Shown here one piece after another: positions 22,844-31,481 of a stretch of 32,000 bases of DNA. The DNA comes from Candidatus Thalassarchaeaceae archaeon (GTDB lineage: Archaea; Thermoplasmatota; Poseidoniia; Poseidoniales; Thalassarchaeaceae). Where the stretch lies: the NCBI GenBank assembly GCA_045568075.1, contig JBJLBP010000001.1, positions 1,350,001-1,382,000 on the forward strand, read 5' to 3'. The notes under the pieces are model-generated. The model was not told the DNA's origin. It searched no databases and was given only the letters and a program-made list of their open reading frames with translations. The position numbers and the translations under genes are program-made. Each line of letters opens with the position of its first letter. Positions within the stretch are counted from its first letter, which is position 1.

Positions 22844-23491
22844 TCAGCGGCGCGATTCCTCGCGAATACGCTTCTTTGTCGCTGCCCATCCACATATCGG
22901 GCAGCCAGTCAAATCGTGATTGCGGGCAGGACAATACTCGCGACCGAAGTAAATGATTTGCAGATGCCTTCGATTCCAAGTGTCCATCGGAAAGACCGCT
23001 TTCAGGTCTCGCTCAGTCTGCACCACATTCCTACCACTCGACAATCCCCAACGCGCAGCTAAACGGTGAATGTGAGTGTCAACTGGAAAGGCTGGAACGC
23101 CAAAAGCCTGCGACATGACAACGCTCGCCGTCTTGTGACCAACACCTGCGAGCGATTCGAGGAATTCCCAATCGGGAATGACTTCACCCCCACCATCCAA
23201 AATTTGCTCAGCCATCCGCTTGAGATTCTTTGCCTTCGTCGGAGCAAGTCCAATCTCACGAATAATCTCACGAATTTGGTCAACCTCGAGTTCCGCCATC
23301 CGTGCCGGCTCATCAGCCACTGCAAACAGAGCCGGCGTGACCTCATTCACTTTCTTGTCCGTAGTTTGTGCAGACAGCATCACCGCAACAAGCAGAGTGT
23401 AAGGGTCGTTATGGTCGAGCGGGATTGGCGTAGTCGGATACAATTCGTCCAATTGAACACCGATTCGATCTGCCCGTTCCGCTCGTCGCAT
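22844..23491 (-). CDS. nth: Endonuclease III family DNA glycosylase/AP lyase
   Basis: HhH-GPD core: DPYTLLVAVMLSAQTTDKKVN, hairpin LAGVGHKTASVV with the catalytic Lys, and VDTHIHRL with the Asp. The C-terminal cluster CPARNHDLTGCPIC contains only 3 Cys. ATG at 23491 overlaps the upstream stop as TGATG. Confidence 0.9.
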   Translation of the reverse strand: MRRAERADRIGVQLDELYPTTPIPLDHNDPYTLLVAVMLSAQTTDKKVNEVTPALFAVADEPARMAELEVDQIREIIREIGLAPTKAKNLKRMAEQILDGGGEVIPDWEFLESLAGVGHKTASVVMSQAFGVPAFPVDTHIHRLAARWGLSSGRNVVQTERDLKAVFPMDTWNRRHLQIIYFGREYCPARNHDLTGCPICGWAATKKRIREESRR

Positions 23492-23697
23492 CACTGAGCA
23501 TCCTCCTCATCACGTAGACCGAGGAGTAACGAGCCACCGACGATCAAGCCAGGGAGTAAGTAGCAAGGACCATACATCCAAGCCTCCCACTCTGGGAAAG
23601 CAGTTTCTCCACCAATCAAGACGTAAGACACCATCCCTACGAAGAGAGCAGGGAGTACGGATACCGTCCCGAAAACAAGACCGCGCATGACTCGCAT
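23491..23697 (-). CDS. 68-aa 2-TM membrane protein, unknown function
   Basis: Two hydrophobic helices (LVFGTVSVLPALFVGMVSYVLIG and CYLLPGLIVGGSLLLGL) and an acidic tail, RDEEDAQ. Sits between polX and nth, with its stop coupled to nth. Confidence 0.45.
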   Translation of the reverse strand: MRVMRGLVFGTVSVLPALFVGMVSYVLIGGETAFPEWEAWMYGPCYLLPGLIVGGSLLLGLRDEEDAQ

Positions 23698-23756
23698 GAC
23701 AGCCCCTCACGCGCGTGCATGATGAATCTTCGTCAGCGAGTCGCAGTTGTTCGACA

Positions 23757-25691
23757 TCACAGTCCGAGGATCTCTTCCATCTGGACTCCGCTCTGAGTGT
23801 TGAGAACGTCACCAGCCTCCAACCAACCCTTTCGAGCAATTTGCACCCCATACCAAACGTCAGCTAGACCCTCTGTTCCATGGGCGTCTGGATTAATGCA
23901 CACTGGCACACCTTGTTGCTTGGCATAGCGGCAAAGGCGCCAATCGAGATCTAGGCGGTATGGTGATGCGTTGATTTCGACTGCTTTCAGTTCGCCTTCG
24001 GCGTTGAGTTCTCCCATTCGACGTAACACTGCATGCATGTCGACGGGGAAGCCTTCTCGGCCTTGCAAGATTCTTCCCGTCGGGTGGCCTAAAATTGTGA
24101 AAGTGGGATTTTCAACGGCTTTGATCAGGGCTTCTGTATTGGCTATCTCATCTCTATTGCGCCAACTCCCTAATGCGTGGACTGAACCCACGATATGGCT
24201 GAGTGATTGACGGGTTTCATCAGGGTAGTCGAGCGCACCATCTGCTAGGATGTCGCACTCGGAACCGTGGAAGATTCGGAAGTCTTGGTTGTTATCTGCC
24301 CAGCCCTCGTTGAGTGCGCGAATCATCTCGGCTTGGGCTGGGATACCATCGGCTGACACGCCAATTTGTCGCCCTCCGATGTTGAGTATCTCTGAATGGT
24401 CGGCAATACCGAGGTATTGCCAGCCGAGGTCTATGGCCGCTTGGGCCATCTCCTCGAGTGTGTTGACACCGTCGGATGCGACGGTGTGATTGTGTAGGGC
24501 GCCGCGTAGATCGGCGGGCTCGATTAGACGCGGCAGGCTGGAAGATTGGGCAGCCTCAATCTCTCCTGTGTCCTCTCGCATCTCAGGAGGAACCCAAGTC
24601 AGTCCGAGATGACTGTAGATATCGGCCTCATTAGCGCATTCGAGGGTGTGTTTTGCCGCCTCCATGCCGATTGCGTCACCGGCAGCTGCTTCGGAGAATA
24701 GACCGAATTCATTGAGTCGAAGCCCGCGGTCAATGGCGAGTTGACGCATGCGAATATTGTGTTCCTTTGATCCAGTGAAGTAAGCGAGAGTGAAGGGGAA
24801 GGTAGCTGGTGAGACGATTCTCACCTGAGCATCGATTGTCGCATCACCGCTGCGTTCCATCATCGCCTCTGCGAGTTGAGCGTCCATGCTACCGATGTCT
24901 TGCGCACCAGCCAACATGTCCTGCTCAAGAATCAGGCTGACTTTCGATTCGCCCGAGCCTTTGACCTCAGCAATTCCAGGGAATGAGAGAATAGCCTCGA
25001 TGACCGAATCGTGATTTTCTGGTTCAGCCGCCGCGACGATATCGAGGTCACCGATAGTCTCGCGTCGGCGACGGGCGCTGCCAGCGAGTTGGGCACGAGT
25101 TACACCAGGAATAGCCGCAACTCGTGCTTCAAGCGCCCTCCCAAAAATAAGTCCTACATCCATACGAGAGCGACCCTGGTAGCGTCGCAATAACTCGATT
25201 CCCTCGAGGTATTTCTGCTGACTTTTCTCGCCGAAACCAGAGAGTGGAGCGATGTGTCCCATCTCACAAGCCGCCTTCAGCGCCTCGACAGAATCGACAC
25301 CCAATTCCTCATACATCACGCGTGCCCGCTTTGGCCCAAGGCCGGGAATACCGACAATTTCGATGAGGCCAGGTGGGATCTTCGCATAGAGGTCAGCGAG
25401 GTCACCCCAAGTCCCCTCTAACACGGCTTCGCTAACGAGACCGCTGATACCTTTTCCAATCCCCTTGACATCTACTAAATTCCCCTCTTGAACCACCGTC
25501 AGAAGATCTTCCTCCATCGAGGCGAGGGCGCGGCTACCGTTTTGGTAGGCGCGAACTCGAAACGGGTTGGCTCCATCAAGTTCGAGCAACACTCCGACCT
25601 GTTCGAGAACAGCGACCACGGATGACTTGGTCTGGAAGGGTGGCCCCGTGCTTCGAGGCTTCGGAAGACTCCAACCCTTGACCTTGACCAC
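23757..25691 (-). CDS. polX: Family X DNA polymerase with C-terminal PHP (histidinol-phosphatase-type) domain
   Basis: N-terminal LLELDGANPFRVRAYQNG (8-kDa/HhH region). HhH motifs GIGKGISG and IPGLGPKRA. Nucleotidyltransferase motif AGSARRRRETIGDLDIV and YFTGSKEHN. PHP motifs HNHTVASDG, IADHSE and NPDAHG. The GTG start at 25691 is uncertain. Confidence 0.9.
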   Translation of the reverse strand: MVKVKGWSLPKPRSTGPPFQTKSSVVAVLEQVGVLLELDGANPFRVRAYQNGSRALASMEEDLLTVVQEGNLVDVKGIGKGISGLVSEAVLEGTWGDLADLYAKIPPGLIEIVGIPGLGPKRARVMYEELGVDSVEALKAACEMGHIAPLSGFGEKSQQKYLEGIELLRRYQGRSRMDVGLIFGRALEARVAAIPGVTRAQLAGSARRRRETIGDLDIVAAAEPENHDSVIEAILSFPGIAEVKGSGESKVSLILEQDMLAGAQDIGSMDAQLAEAMMERSGDATIDAQVRIVSPATFPFTLAYFTGSKEHNIRMRQLAIDRGLRLNEFGLFSEAAAGDAIGMEAAKHTLECANEADIYSHLGLTWVPPEMREDTGEIEAAQSSSLPRLIEPADLRGALHNHTVASDGVNTLEEMAQAAIDLGWQYLGIADHSEILNIGGRQIGVSADGIPAQAEMIRALNEGWADNNQDFRIFHGSECDILADGALDYPDETRQSLSHIVGSVHALGSWRNRDEIANTEALIKAVENPTFTILGHPTGRILQGREGFPVDMHAVLRRMGELNAEGELKAVEINASPYRLDLDWRLCRYAKQQGVPVCINPDAHGTEGLADVWYGVQIARKGWLEAGDVLNTQSGVQMEEILGL

Positions 25692-25770
25692 GTACCCAAC
25701 GCAGCCTCACCGGACTTGAGTTTGTTCATCAACGCCGTTCTTAGCCAATGCTCACAAAGGACCACCGGGT

Positions 25771-26121
25771 GTGCCTTTCGTGGAACTTGTCGCCGCACTC
25801 GAGACCATCTCCCTCGCATCGTGTGGCGTCGCCACCCTGTTGTGGATGAGTATCGGGACTTTCACGCGCGCGCCATGGGGTGAGGCATTTGCACAGCGCG
25901 CAATCATGATTCTTTGCGTCTCAGCCGCAATCATGCTCTTCGCGCTACACTACATGGGTGGCGAACTCTGGGGCTCGCAGAATGTTGCAAGACCCTTCGC
26001 AATCATCGCGCTAATCGTCGCAGCTGCCGGGTCTCTGAACATCAAAGGGCGTGATGTACAAGGCGAAATCAACCCTCATCAAATCATGCGGATGCGTCGA
26101 GCTGAATCCGAGGAAGAATGA
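25771..26121 (+). CDS. Small 3-TM membrane protein, unknown function
   Basis: 116 aa with a GTG start. Three hydrophobic segments and the cytoplasmic tail KGRDVQGEINPHQIMRMRRAESEEE. No family motif recognised. Confidence 0.5.
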   Translation: MPFVELVAALETISLASCGVATLLWMSIGTFTRAPWGEAFAQRAIMILCVSAAIMLFALHYMGGELWGSQNVARPFAIIALIVAAAGSLNIKGRDVQGEINPHQIMRMRRAESEEE

Positions 26122-26122
26122 T

Positions 26123-26413
26123 TCACTCAGTCGTCTCGACACCGAGTTTGTCATCAATGAAGGCTCGCATATACGCTGGTAACTCTCCATTAACGAAGAT
26201 CACATCGTTGACCATATCGAGTTTCATCAATGAGTAGTAGATTTGCATTGCAGTCATCGGAGTCGACGCGCAGCCAGTGCATCCACCTTCAAGTGAAATC
26301 ATGATTACTCCATCCGTCGTATCGACGACATTGACCACTCCATCGTGCGCATCGAGGATGGCTTGCACCGGACCAACCGAATCGAGAATGAGCTGCTTGT
26401 CGACCTCAGCCAT
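26123..26413 (-). CDS. NifU C-terminal-domain (Nfu-type) Fe-S cluster scaffold/carrier protein
   Basis: VQAILDAHDGVVNVVDTTDGVIMISLEGGCTGCASTPMTAMQIY matches the Nfu/NifU_C pattern with its CxxC pair. ATG at 26413 gives 96 aa; the track start at 26458 adds 15 aa. Confidence 0.75.
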   Translation of the reverse strand: MAEVDKQLILDSVGPVQAILDAHDGVVNVVDTTDGVIMISLEGGCTGCASTPMTAMQIYYSLMKLDMVNDVIFVNGELPAYMRAFIDDKLGVETTE

Positions 26414-26477
26414 ACGTTTCCACCGGTATCGGCTCGTGGGCGAGGTGCTTTGAACCATTGGTGGTTTGGTCGCTTTG

Positions 26478-27380
26478 ATGTCCGGCTCGGTCCGAGTGCT
26501 GATGGTCGACCTACTAGTCGAGCGCGCCGCATTCGGCCACGGAGGTAATCAAGAGGTAATCCAGCCCTTTGCGGAGCGCGGTAATGTCGAATTGCTCCTT
26601 GTTACTCCTCAGATGCAATCGTTTGAGGCCGGAGCTAAGGCTGAGGCGCAAGGTGAGGTCACCTTGGAGGAAATCGACGTTCCTCACTGGGATGATGATT
26701 ACCCATTTTGGCAGTCAACGACAGTCGAATTTGGCGACCAGGGAGTGGATTTTCGTCGAATCGTAATGCCAATGCATGAGGATGATGAGCGCATGTCCGA
26801 GTGGCTCGCTGCACTCAACCTCGACGCGGTAGTCTGTAGCGGATCGCGTCGCAATGTCAGCATCTGGGAAGATTGGATGGGTCCTGCCGGATCACTTCTA
26901 CGAGCATCCGCTCTCTCCGGCCGACCGACCCTAGGAATCTGCTTCGGCCACCAATTACTCTGCCATTCCCTAGGTGGTAAGGTCGAGCGAGCCGAGAAAC
27001 TCTCTAGCGGAATATGGGATGTTGACCTGACAGATGCGGGCGGCAGTGATGAACTGCTAACTTCACACACTGAGGATGTCGAATGCGTTGCTGGCGTATT
27101 CAGTCACCAAGATCACGTAATGACTGTCCCCGATTGCTGTACCTTACTTGGACTGACATCACATAATCGGGTGTCTGCGGTGCGAGTCCACGATGCGGAT
27201 GGAACGGGTTTACCTGCTTGGGGAATACAGTTTCACCCGGAAGCGACGCGTGCGAGAATCGAGCGTGCTTACGGTTGGGGACACATCAGTGAGGAGGTAT
27301 TCAACTCAATGAAAGGCGAGCACGATGGTGCTGGTATCCTCTCCTCATTTGCTGATATTGTCCTCTCACAAAAAGGATGA
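26478..27380 (+). CDS. Stand-alone class-I glutamine amidotransferase-fold protein (GuaA-N-like)
   Basis: Nucleophile elbow TLGICFGHQLL and His/Glu motif GIQFHPE. The N-terminal half is longer than usual. ATG at 26478; the track start is TTG at 26466. Confidence 0.75.
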   Translation: MSGSVRVLMVDLLVERAAFGHGGNQEVIQPFAERGNVELLLVTPQMQSFEAGAKAEAQGEVTLEEIDVPHWDDDYPFWQSTTVEFGDQGVDFRRIVMPMHEDDERMSEWLAALNLDAVVCSGSRRNVSIWEDWMGPAGSLLRASALSGRPTLGICFGHQLLCHSLGGKVERAEKLSSGIWDVDLTDAGGSDELLTSHTEDVECVAGVFSHQDHVMTVPDCCTLLGLTSHNRVSAVRVHDADGTGLPAWGIQFHPEATRARIERAYGWGHISEEVFNSMKGEHDGAGILSSFADIVLSQKG

Positions 27381-27384
27381 TTCT

Positions 27385-27401
27385 CCGCCCCGAAGGGGCG
27401 G
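27385..27401 (+). terminator. GC-rich hairpin downstream of the GATase gene (CCGCCCC-GAA-GGGGCGG)
   Basis: 7-bp perfect G/C stem with a GAA loop, starting 5 nt after the stop at 27380. No oligo-T tract follows. Confidence 0.35.
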
Positions 27402-27417
27402 GCTAAGTGGATTCGGA

Positions 27418-27460
27418 TTAAATACGGACCGCAGGTCGGCGACTCAACCAGATTGGTGAT
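27418..27460 (+). promoter_or_regulatory. hppA promoter region: TATA-like TTAAATA, palindromic GACCGCAGGTCG element, GGTGAT Shine-Dalgarno
   Basis: TTAAATA at 27418-27424. Palindrome at 27427-27438, between the TATA-like box and the expected TSS (about 27447). GGTGAT at 27455-27460 is complementary to the conserved archaeal 16S 3' end and lies 3 nt before ATG 27464. Confidence 0.35.
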
Positions 27461-27463
27461 ATC

Positions 27464-29527
27464 ATGGACGGAGAACTACTTGGAATGATTGGAATGGGGG
27501 CCGGACTCTTCGGTCTACTCGTTGCTTTCATGCTTTACAAAAAGGTCGATTCAATCGAGATTGAGAACGAAACTGTCGCTACGATTACCGGACGTATTCA
27601 GGATGGCGCTATGGCCTTCCTGTTCGCAGAGTACAGGATGCTGTCGATATTCATCGTCGGTGTTGCTGCCCTCCTGTTTGTCGGTGGCGAGATTAACGAA
27701 GACATAGGACTCGGATTTGAGACTATGATTGCATTCGTGATCGGTGCACTGTGTAGCGTCGCTGCTGGATTTAGCGGTATGCGCGCGGCTACAAGCGCTA
27801 ACGGGCGCACTGCACAGGCTGCTGCCAATGGTGGCCAGTCTGAGGCCCTGACTACTTCCTACAACGGAGGAGCGGTGATGGGACTGGCTGTTGGAGGCCT
27901 CGGCCTCTTTGGTATCTCGATGATGTTTTACTTCACCGAGACCGCCTTCCTCGAAGTTCAGAATATTGCGGGCTTCGGAATGGGAGCTTCGTCTATCGCA
28001 CTCTTCGCGCGCGTCGGCGGTGGAATCTACACCAAGGCCGCCGATGTAGGTGCTGACCTAGTCGGCAAGGTCGAGGCTGGAATTCCAGAAGATGACCCAC
28101 GCAACCCCGGTGTCATCGCCGATAACGTTGGCGACAACGTAGGCGATGTTGCTGGAATGGGTGCAGACATCTTCGAGTCCTTCGTCGGCTCAATCATCGC
28201 AGCGATGGTCATCGCTGCTGCCAACGAGGCTGACCTCGGCGCGGACTACCTGATGATTCCAATCCTCCTCGCGATTGTAGGATACATCTCCTCGATAATC
28301 GGTGTCTTCTCGATTCATGCGATGAAGAATATGGATGCTGGAGCAGCACTCCGCAACACCACTTTCGTCGGTGCTGGTCTTTTCCTCGCTGGCGGATACT
28401 TCGCCCTAGACTACTTCTTCACCGACGACACAGTAGTGATCCAAGCGGTCGCAATTGGTTCTCTCGTAGGAATCCTCATTGGTCTAGTCACCGAGTACTA
28501 CACTGGAATCGAGCCTGTTTTCGGAATCCAGGTCAAAGCAATCCCATACATTGGCGAGGCTTCCAAGACCGGAAGCGCGACCAATGCTATCGCCGGCCTC
28601 GCCGTGGGTATGCAGTCTGTGTTCGTCCCAGTCCTTCTGATGGCAGCCGGAATCTACGGCGCTAACGAGGTCATGGGTGGCGGTGACGCCGGACTCTATG
28701 GTATCGCAATGGCAGCCATGGGAATGCTCGGAACTGTCGGTGTGACAATGACTGTCGACGCCTATGGACCGGTTGCTGACAACGCTGGCGGTATCGCTGA
28801 GATGTCAAGCCTCGGAAAGGAAGTTCGCGACATCACCGATGGCCTAGACTCGATTGGTAACACGACCGCAGCCATCGGCAAGGGATTCGCTATCGGCAGC
28901 GCTGCGCTGACCGCTCTGGCTCTCTTCGCTGCTTACAAGACGAGTGCAGGTTTGGAAGCTGCTGAACTCAGTTTAACTGAGCCACTAGTTGTCATTGGAC
29001 TGCTTATCGGTGGTGCACTACCATTCGTTGTCGCAGCCATGACAATGAAGTCAGTTGGTCGCGCTGCAGAAGAAATGATTGAAGAGATTCGCCGTCAATT
29101 CCGCGATATCGAAGGGCTCCTTGAAGGACGTCCTGGCGTAGAGCCCGACAGCGCAAAATGTGTCGACATCTCAACTAAGGCCGCCCTACGCGAGATGATC
29201 GCTCCAGGCGTCGTCGCAATCTCAAGCCCAGTCATCATCGGCTTGGTCCTCGGACCAGCCGCACTCGGTGGGACCCTCGCGGGTGCAACCGCTACAGGTG
29301 TGCTGATGGCTCTCTTCATGGCGAACGCCGGTGGAGCCTGGGACAACGCCAAGAAGGCAATCGAGCAGGGTGAGATTGAAGGTGCTGAAAAGGGCGACGC
29401 AGCCCACTCGGCCGCCGTTGTCGGAGACACCATTGGAGACCCATTCAAGGACACCAGTGGACCTTCGCTGAACATCCTCATCAAGCTGATGTCAATCGTC
29501 TCGGTTGTCATCGCTGGAATGCTTTGA
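27464..29527 (+). CDS. hppA: Membrane-integral cation-translocating pyrophosphatase, K+-dependent subfamily
   Basis: 687 aa with about 16 TM segments. Signature motifs [39 protein letters not shown] and [16 protein letters not shown]. The [10 protein letters not shown] motif (28856-28885) has Ala at the position that is Lys in K+-independent enzymes. Confidence 0.95.
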   Translation: MDGELLGMIGMGAGLFGLLVAFMLYKKVDSIEIENETVATITGRIQDGAMAFLFAEYRMLSIFIVGVAALLFVGGEINEDIGLGFETMIAFVIGALCSVAAGFSGMRAATSANGRTAQAAANGGQSEALTTSYNGGAVMGLAVGGLGLFGISMMFYFTETAFLEVQNIAGFGMGASSIALFARVGGGIYTKAADVGADLVGKVEAGIPEDDPRNPGVIADNVGDNVGDVAGMGADIFESFVGSIIAAMVIAAANEADLGADYLMIPILLAIVGYISSIIGVFSIHAMKNMDAGAALRNTTFVGAGLFLAGGYFALDYFFTDDTVVIQAVAIGSLVGILIGLVTEYYTGIEPVFGIQVKAIPYIGEASKTGSATNAIAGLAVGMQSVFVPVLLMAAGIYGANEVMGGGDAGLYGIAMAAMGMLGTVGVTMTVDAYGPVADNAGGIAEMSSLGKEVRDITDGLDSIGNTTAAIGKGFAIGSAALTALALFAAYKTSAGLEAAELSLTEPLVVIGLLIGGALPFVVAAMTMKSVGRAAEEMIEEIRRQFRDIEGLLEGRPGVEPDSAKCVDISTKAALREMIAPGVVAISSPVIIGLVLGPAALGGTLAGATATGVLMALFMANAGGAWDNAKKAIEQGEIEGAEKGDAAHSAAVVGDTIGDPFKDTSGPSLNILIKLMSIVSVVIAGML

Positions 29528-29580
29528 GTTCCTTGACGCTACAGCGTCAGGCTCATCATGGGCAGGGTGGAGCGGAGGTC

Positions 29581-30540
29581 ATGCGAACTGCAGCGCTGGG
29601 TCTTACCCTGCTACTTCTGGCTAGTGGCCTAGCGGGATGTGCCGGCTTGACCGGGGGCGGCGACAGCAGGAGTTCTGACGACCCCTTCACAGCACCCGTC
29701 TGGGAGGTAGGTGACTGGTGGCTCTACACCTTCTCCACACCAGATTATTCGGATGATACGGCTCGCTTGGTCGTAGCCTCTGACTCTGAGGAAGGAGGCA
29801 CGGCCTACATGCTTGCGATCTCTAGCGAAAACGAAGCTCGCCGTCATGCAGTTCTCAACCACAACCCGTTTCTCGGGCGTATCACTCATGACAATCTCAG
29901 TGCCTTCGAAAATGGCGTCGCTCAGCCAGTCCTCACTTTTCCACTCTCAAATGGTCAGTCCTGGACCTTCACTCTGTTCAGTAATGACTGGACTGCTAAT
30001 GTTCTCGATACAACACGAAATCTCGTCATAATCTCAGCCCAAGCTACTGATGGCTCCCGTCTCGACTACACATACGACGCCGAAGTTGGCTTCTTCTCCT
30101 CGTTCACCTGGACCGATGCCGACGGTGTAGAACAACTCAGAATGCAATTTGCATCTGGCGGTGAAGGCCACACTGGAGAGGTATTCTTCATCCGCGGTGG
30201 GGACCTTTACGCAAAAACTTGGGAGAATGCTGGTACCGATGCCGAATTCCGTGACACTTTCTTCGTCAGTAATCACCCGCAGGACGGTGAGTGGAACGAG
30301 ATGATCTACTATCTCGACGCAGCTTGCGGAAGTGGTGGTTCGAGTATCACGCTGACGTTGCGCGATCACACTTCGGTCTCTGCTCTCGAGCGCTTTTGGG
30401 GACCTGGGGCGGAGGAATATGGGACTCTAGGGACCATACCTTACCCAAGCGAGGAGTACACTCTGACTCTGACCTTCACAGGCGACTCAGATCTACGCCT
30501 AATCATCGCCGGCGGAATCACCTATTCATGGTCTATCTGA
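29581..30540 (+). CDS. Secreted lipoprotein with unassigned beta-rich domain (shares motifs with N-domain of the 1181-aa surface protein)
   Basis: Signal peptide plus lipobox: MRTAALGLTLLLLASGLAGC followed by AGLTGGGDSRSSDD. Motifs PVWEVGDWWLYTF and FPLSNGQSWTFT. The track start is TTG at 29524; ATG at 29581 sits directly before the signal peptide. Confidence 0.65.
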   Translation: MRTAALGLTLLLLASGLAGCAGLTGGGDSRSSDDPFTAPVWEVGDWWLYTFSTPDYSDDTARLVVASDSEEGGTAYMLAISSENEARRHAVLNHNPFLGRITHDNLSAFENGVAQPVLTFPLSNGQSWTFTLFSNDWTANVLDTTRNLVIISAQATDGSRLDYTYDAEVGFFSSFTWTDADGVEQLRMQFASGGEGHTGEVFFIRGGDLYAKTWENAGTDAEFRDTFFVSNHPQDGEWNEMIYYLDAACGSGGSSITLTLRDHTSVSALERFWGPGAEEYGTLGTIPYPSEEYTLTLTFTGDSDLRLIIAGGITYSWSI

Positions 30541-30549
30541 GGTAGCCAA

Positions 30550-31143
30550 ATGGCCAATGGCACACTTGTCATGCTCCATGGGATGACCGGGACCTCTGAC
30601 AAAATGCAGCCGCTCGCTGAGCGACTTTGCCCGAGCGGCTGGGATGTATTATGCCCACAAGCCACCATCGAACATCCAACTCGTGGTGGCTTTGCTTGGT
30701 GGCTGCGGGCAGATGACCCGACACTGCCTCTAGATGATTATTCGATGGGGCAGGTCGACGAATCGATGCAGCAGGTAATCAGTCAGATGCCCGATGGACC
30801 GCTAATAGTAGGTGGGTTTTCTCAGGGTGGAGCGATTGCTTCCGCCCTACTCGAGACTGACTTGCAAGAGCGTATCCTCGGTCTCGTCCTTCTCGGAACC
30901 AAGACTGTTAGACCAGATTCACTGACTGCTTGTCTGCCATTTCTTCATCCGCGCGAAGTAGTCTGGATGCATGGCTCGCGCGATCACTTGGTTCCTATGC
31001 ATCTAGCAGTTGAACAAGTTGAGATCTTTGAGGCGGCCGATTGGCCAGTCACTCGCCTCGAACATGAGAAGGGACATATGGTCAATCTCAATCAATTCGA
31101 TGAACTCAAAGCAGCCATCCAAAGGATGACTGATTCGGCCTGA
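30550..31143 (+). CDS. Alpha/beta hydrolase, phospholipase/carboxylesterase family
   Basis: 197 aa. LVMLHGMTGT oxyanion region, nucleophile elbow GGFSQGGAIA, a later HGSRDHLVP (Asp) and EKGHMV (His), giving a Ser-Asp-His order typical of the Abhydrolase_2 type. Confidence 0.75.
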   Translation: MANGTLVMLHGMTGTSDKMQPLAERLCPSGWDVLCPQATIEHPTRGGFAWWLRADDPTLPLDDYSMGQVDESMQQVISQMPDGPLIVGGFSQGGAIASALLETDLQERILGLVLLGTKTVRPDSLTACLPFLHPREVVWMHGSRDHLVPMHLAVEQVEIFEAADWPVTRLEHEKGHMVNLNQFDELKAAIQRMTDSA

Positions 31144-31164
31144 GTGAGTCGGAACAAAGCCCGC

Positions 31165-31434
31165 TCAGTCGAGATATTTGATCAGATGATCTGAGCCACC
31201 TACGAAGAGAGGTGTATCCCCTCTCATATCGAGGCATACTGGCACCGTTCGATGCCCGGTTTCTCTCACTACCTCAAAGCGAAGATCGCCCTCATGGTCG
31301 AAATTGACTACGGTGTAAGAGAGGTCCTTTGAGTCCAAAACTCGCTTTGCCACTGTGCAATAACGGCAGACTGTCTGAGTGAACAGAAGGAAGTCTGTCT
31401 CGCAGGATTCAAGCCAGTGCTGCATGCTCGTCAA
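31165..31434 (-). CDS. Glutaredoxin-like small redox protein
   Basis: 89 aa. CRYC active site after a beta-strand (FLLFTQTVCRYCTVAKRVL), cis-Pro motif RTVPV and FVGGSDHL, matching the glutaredoxin/NrdH fold pattern. Confidence 0.8.
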   Translation of the reverse strand: MTSMQHWLESCETDFLLFTQTVCRYCTVAKRVLDSKDLSYTVVNFDHEGDLRFEVVRETGHRTVPVCLDMRGDTPLFVGGSDHLIKYLD

Positions 31435-31481
31435 GGTCTACTCCCTCCATCAATTTGCCTTCTTTGGAAAACCAGTCTTCA

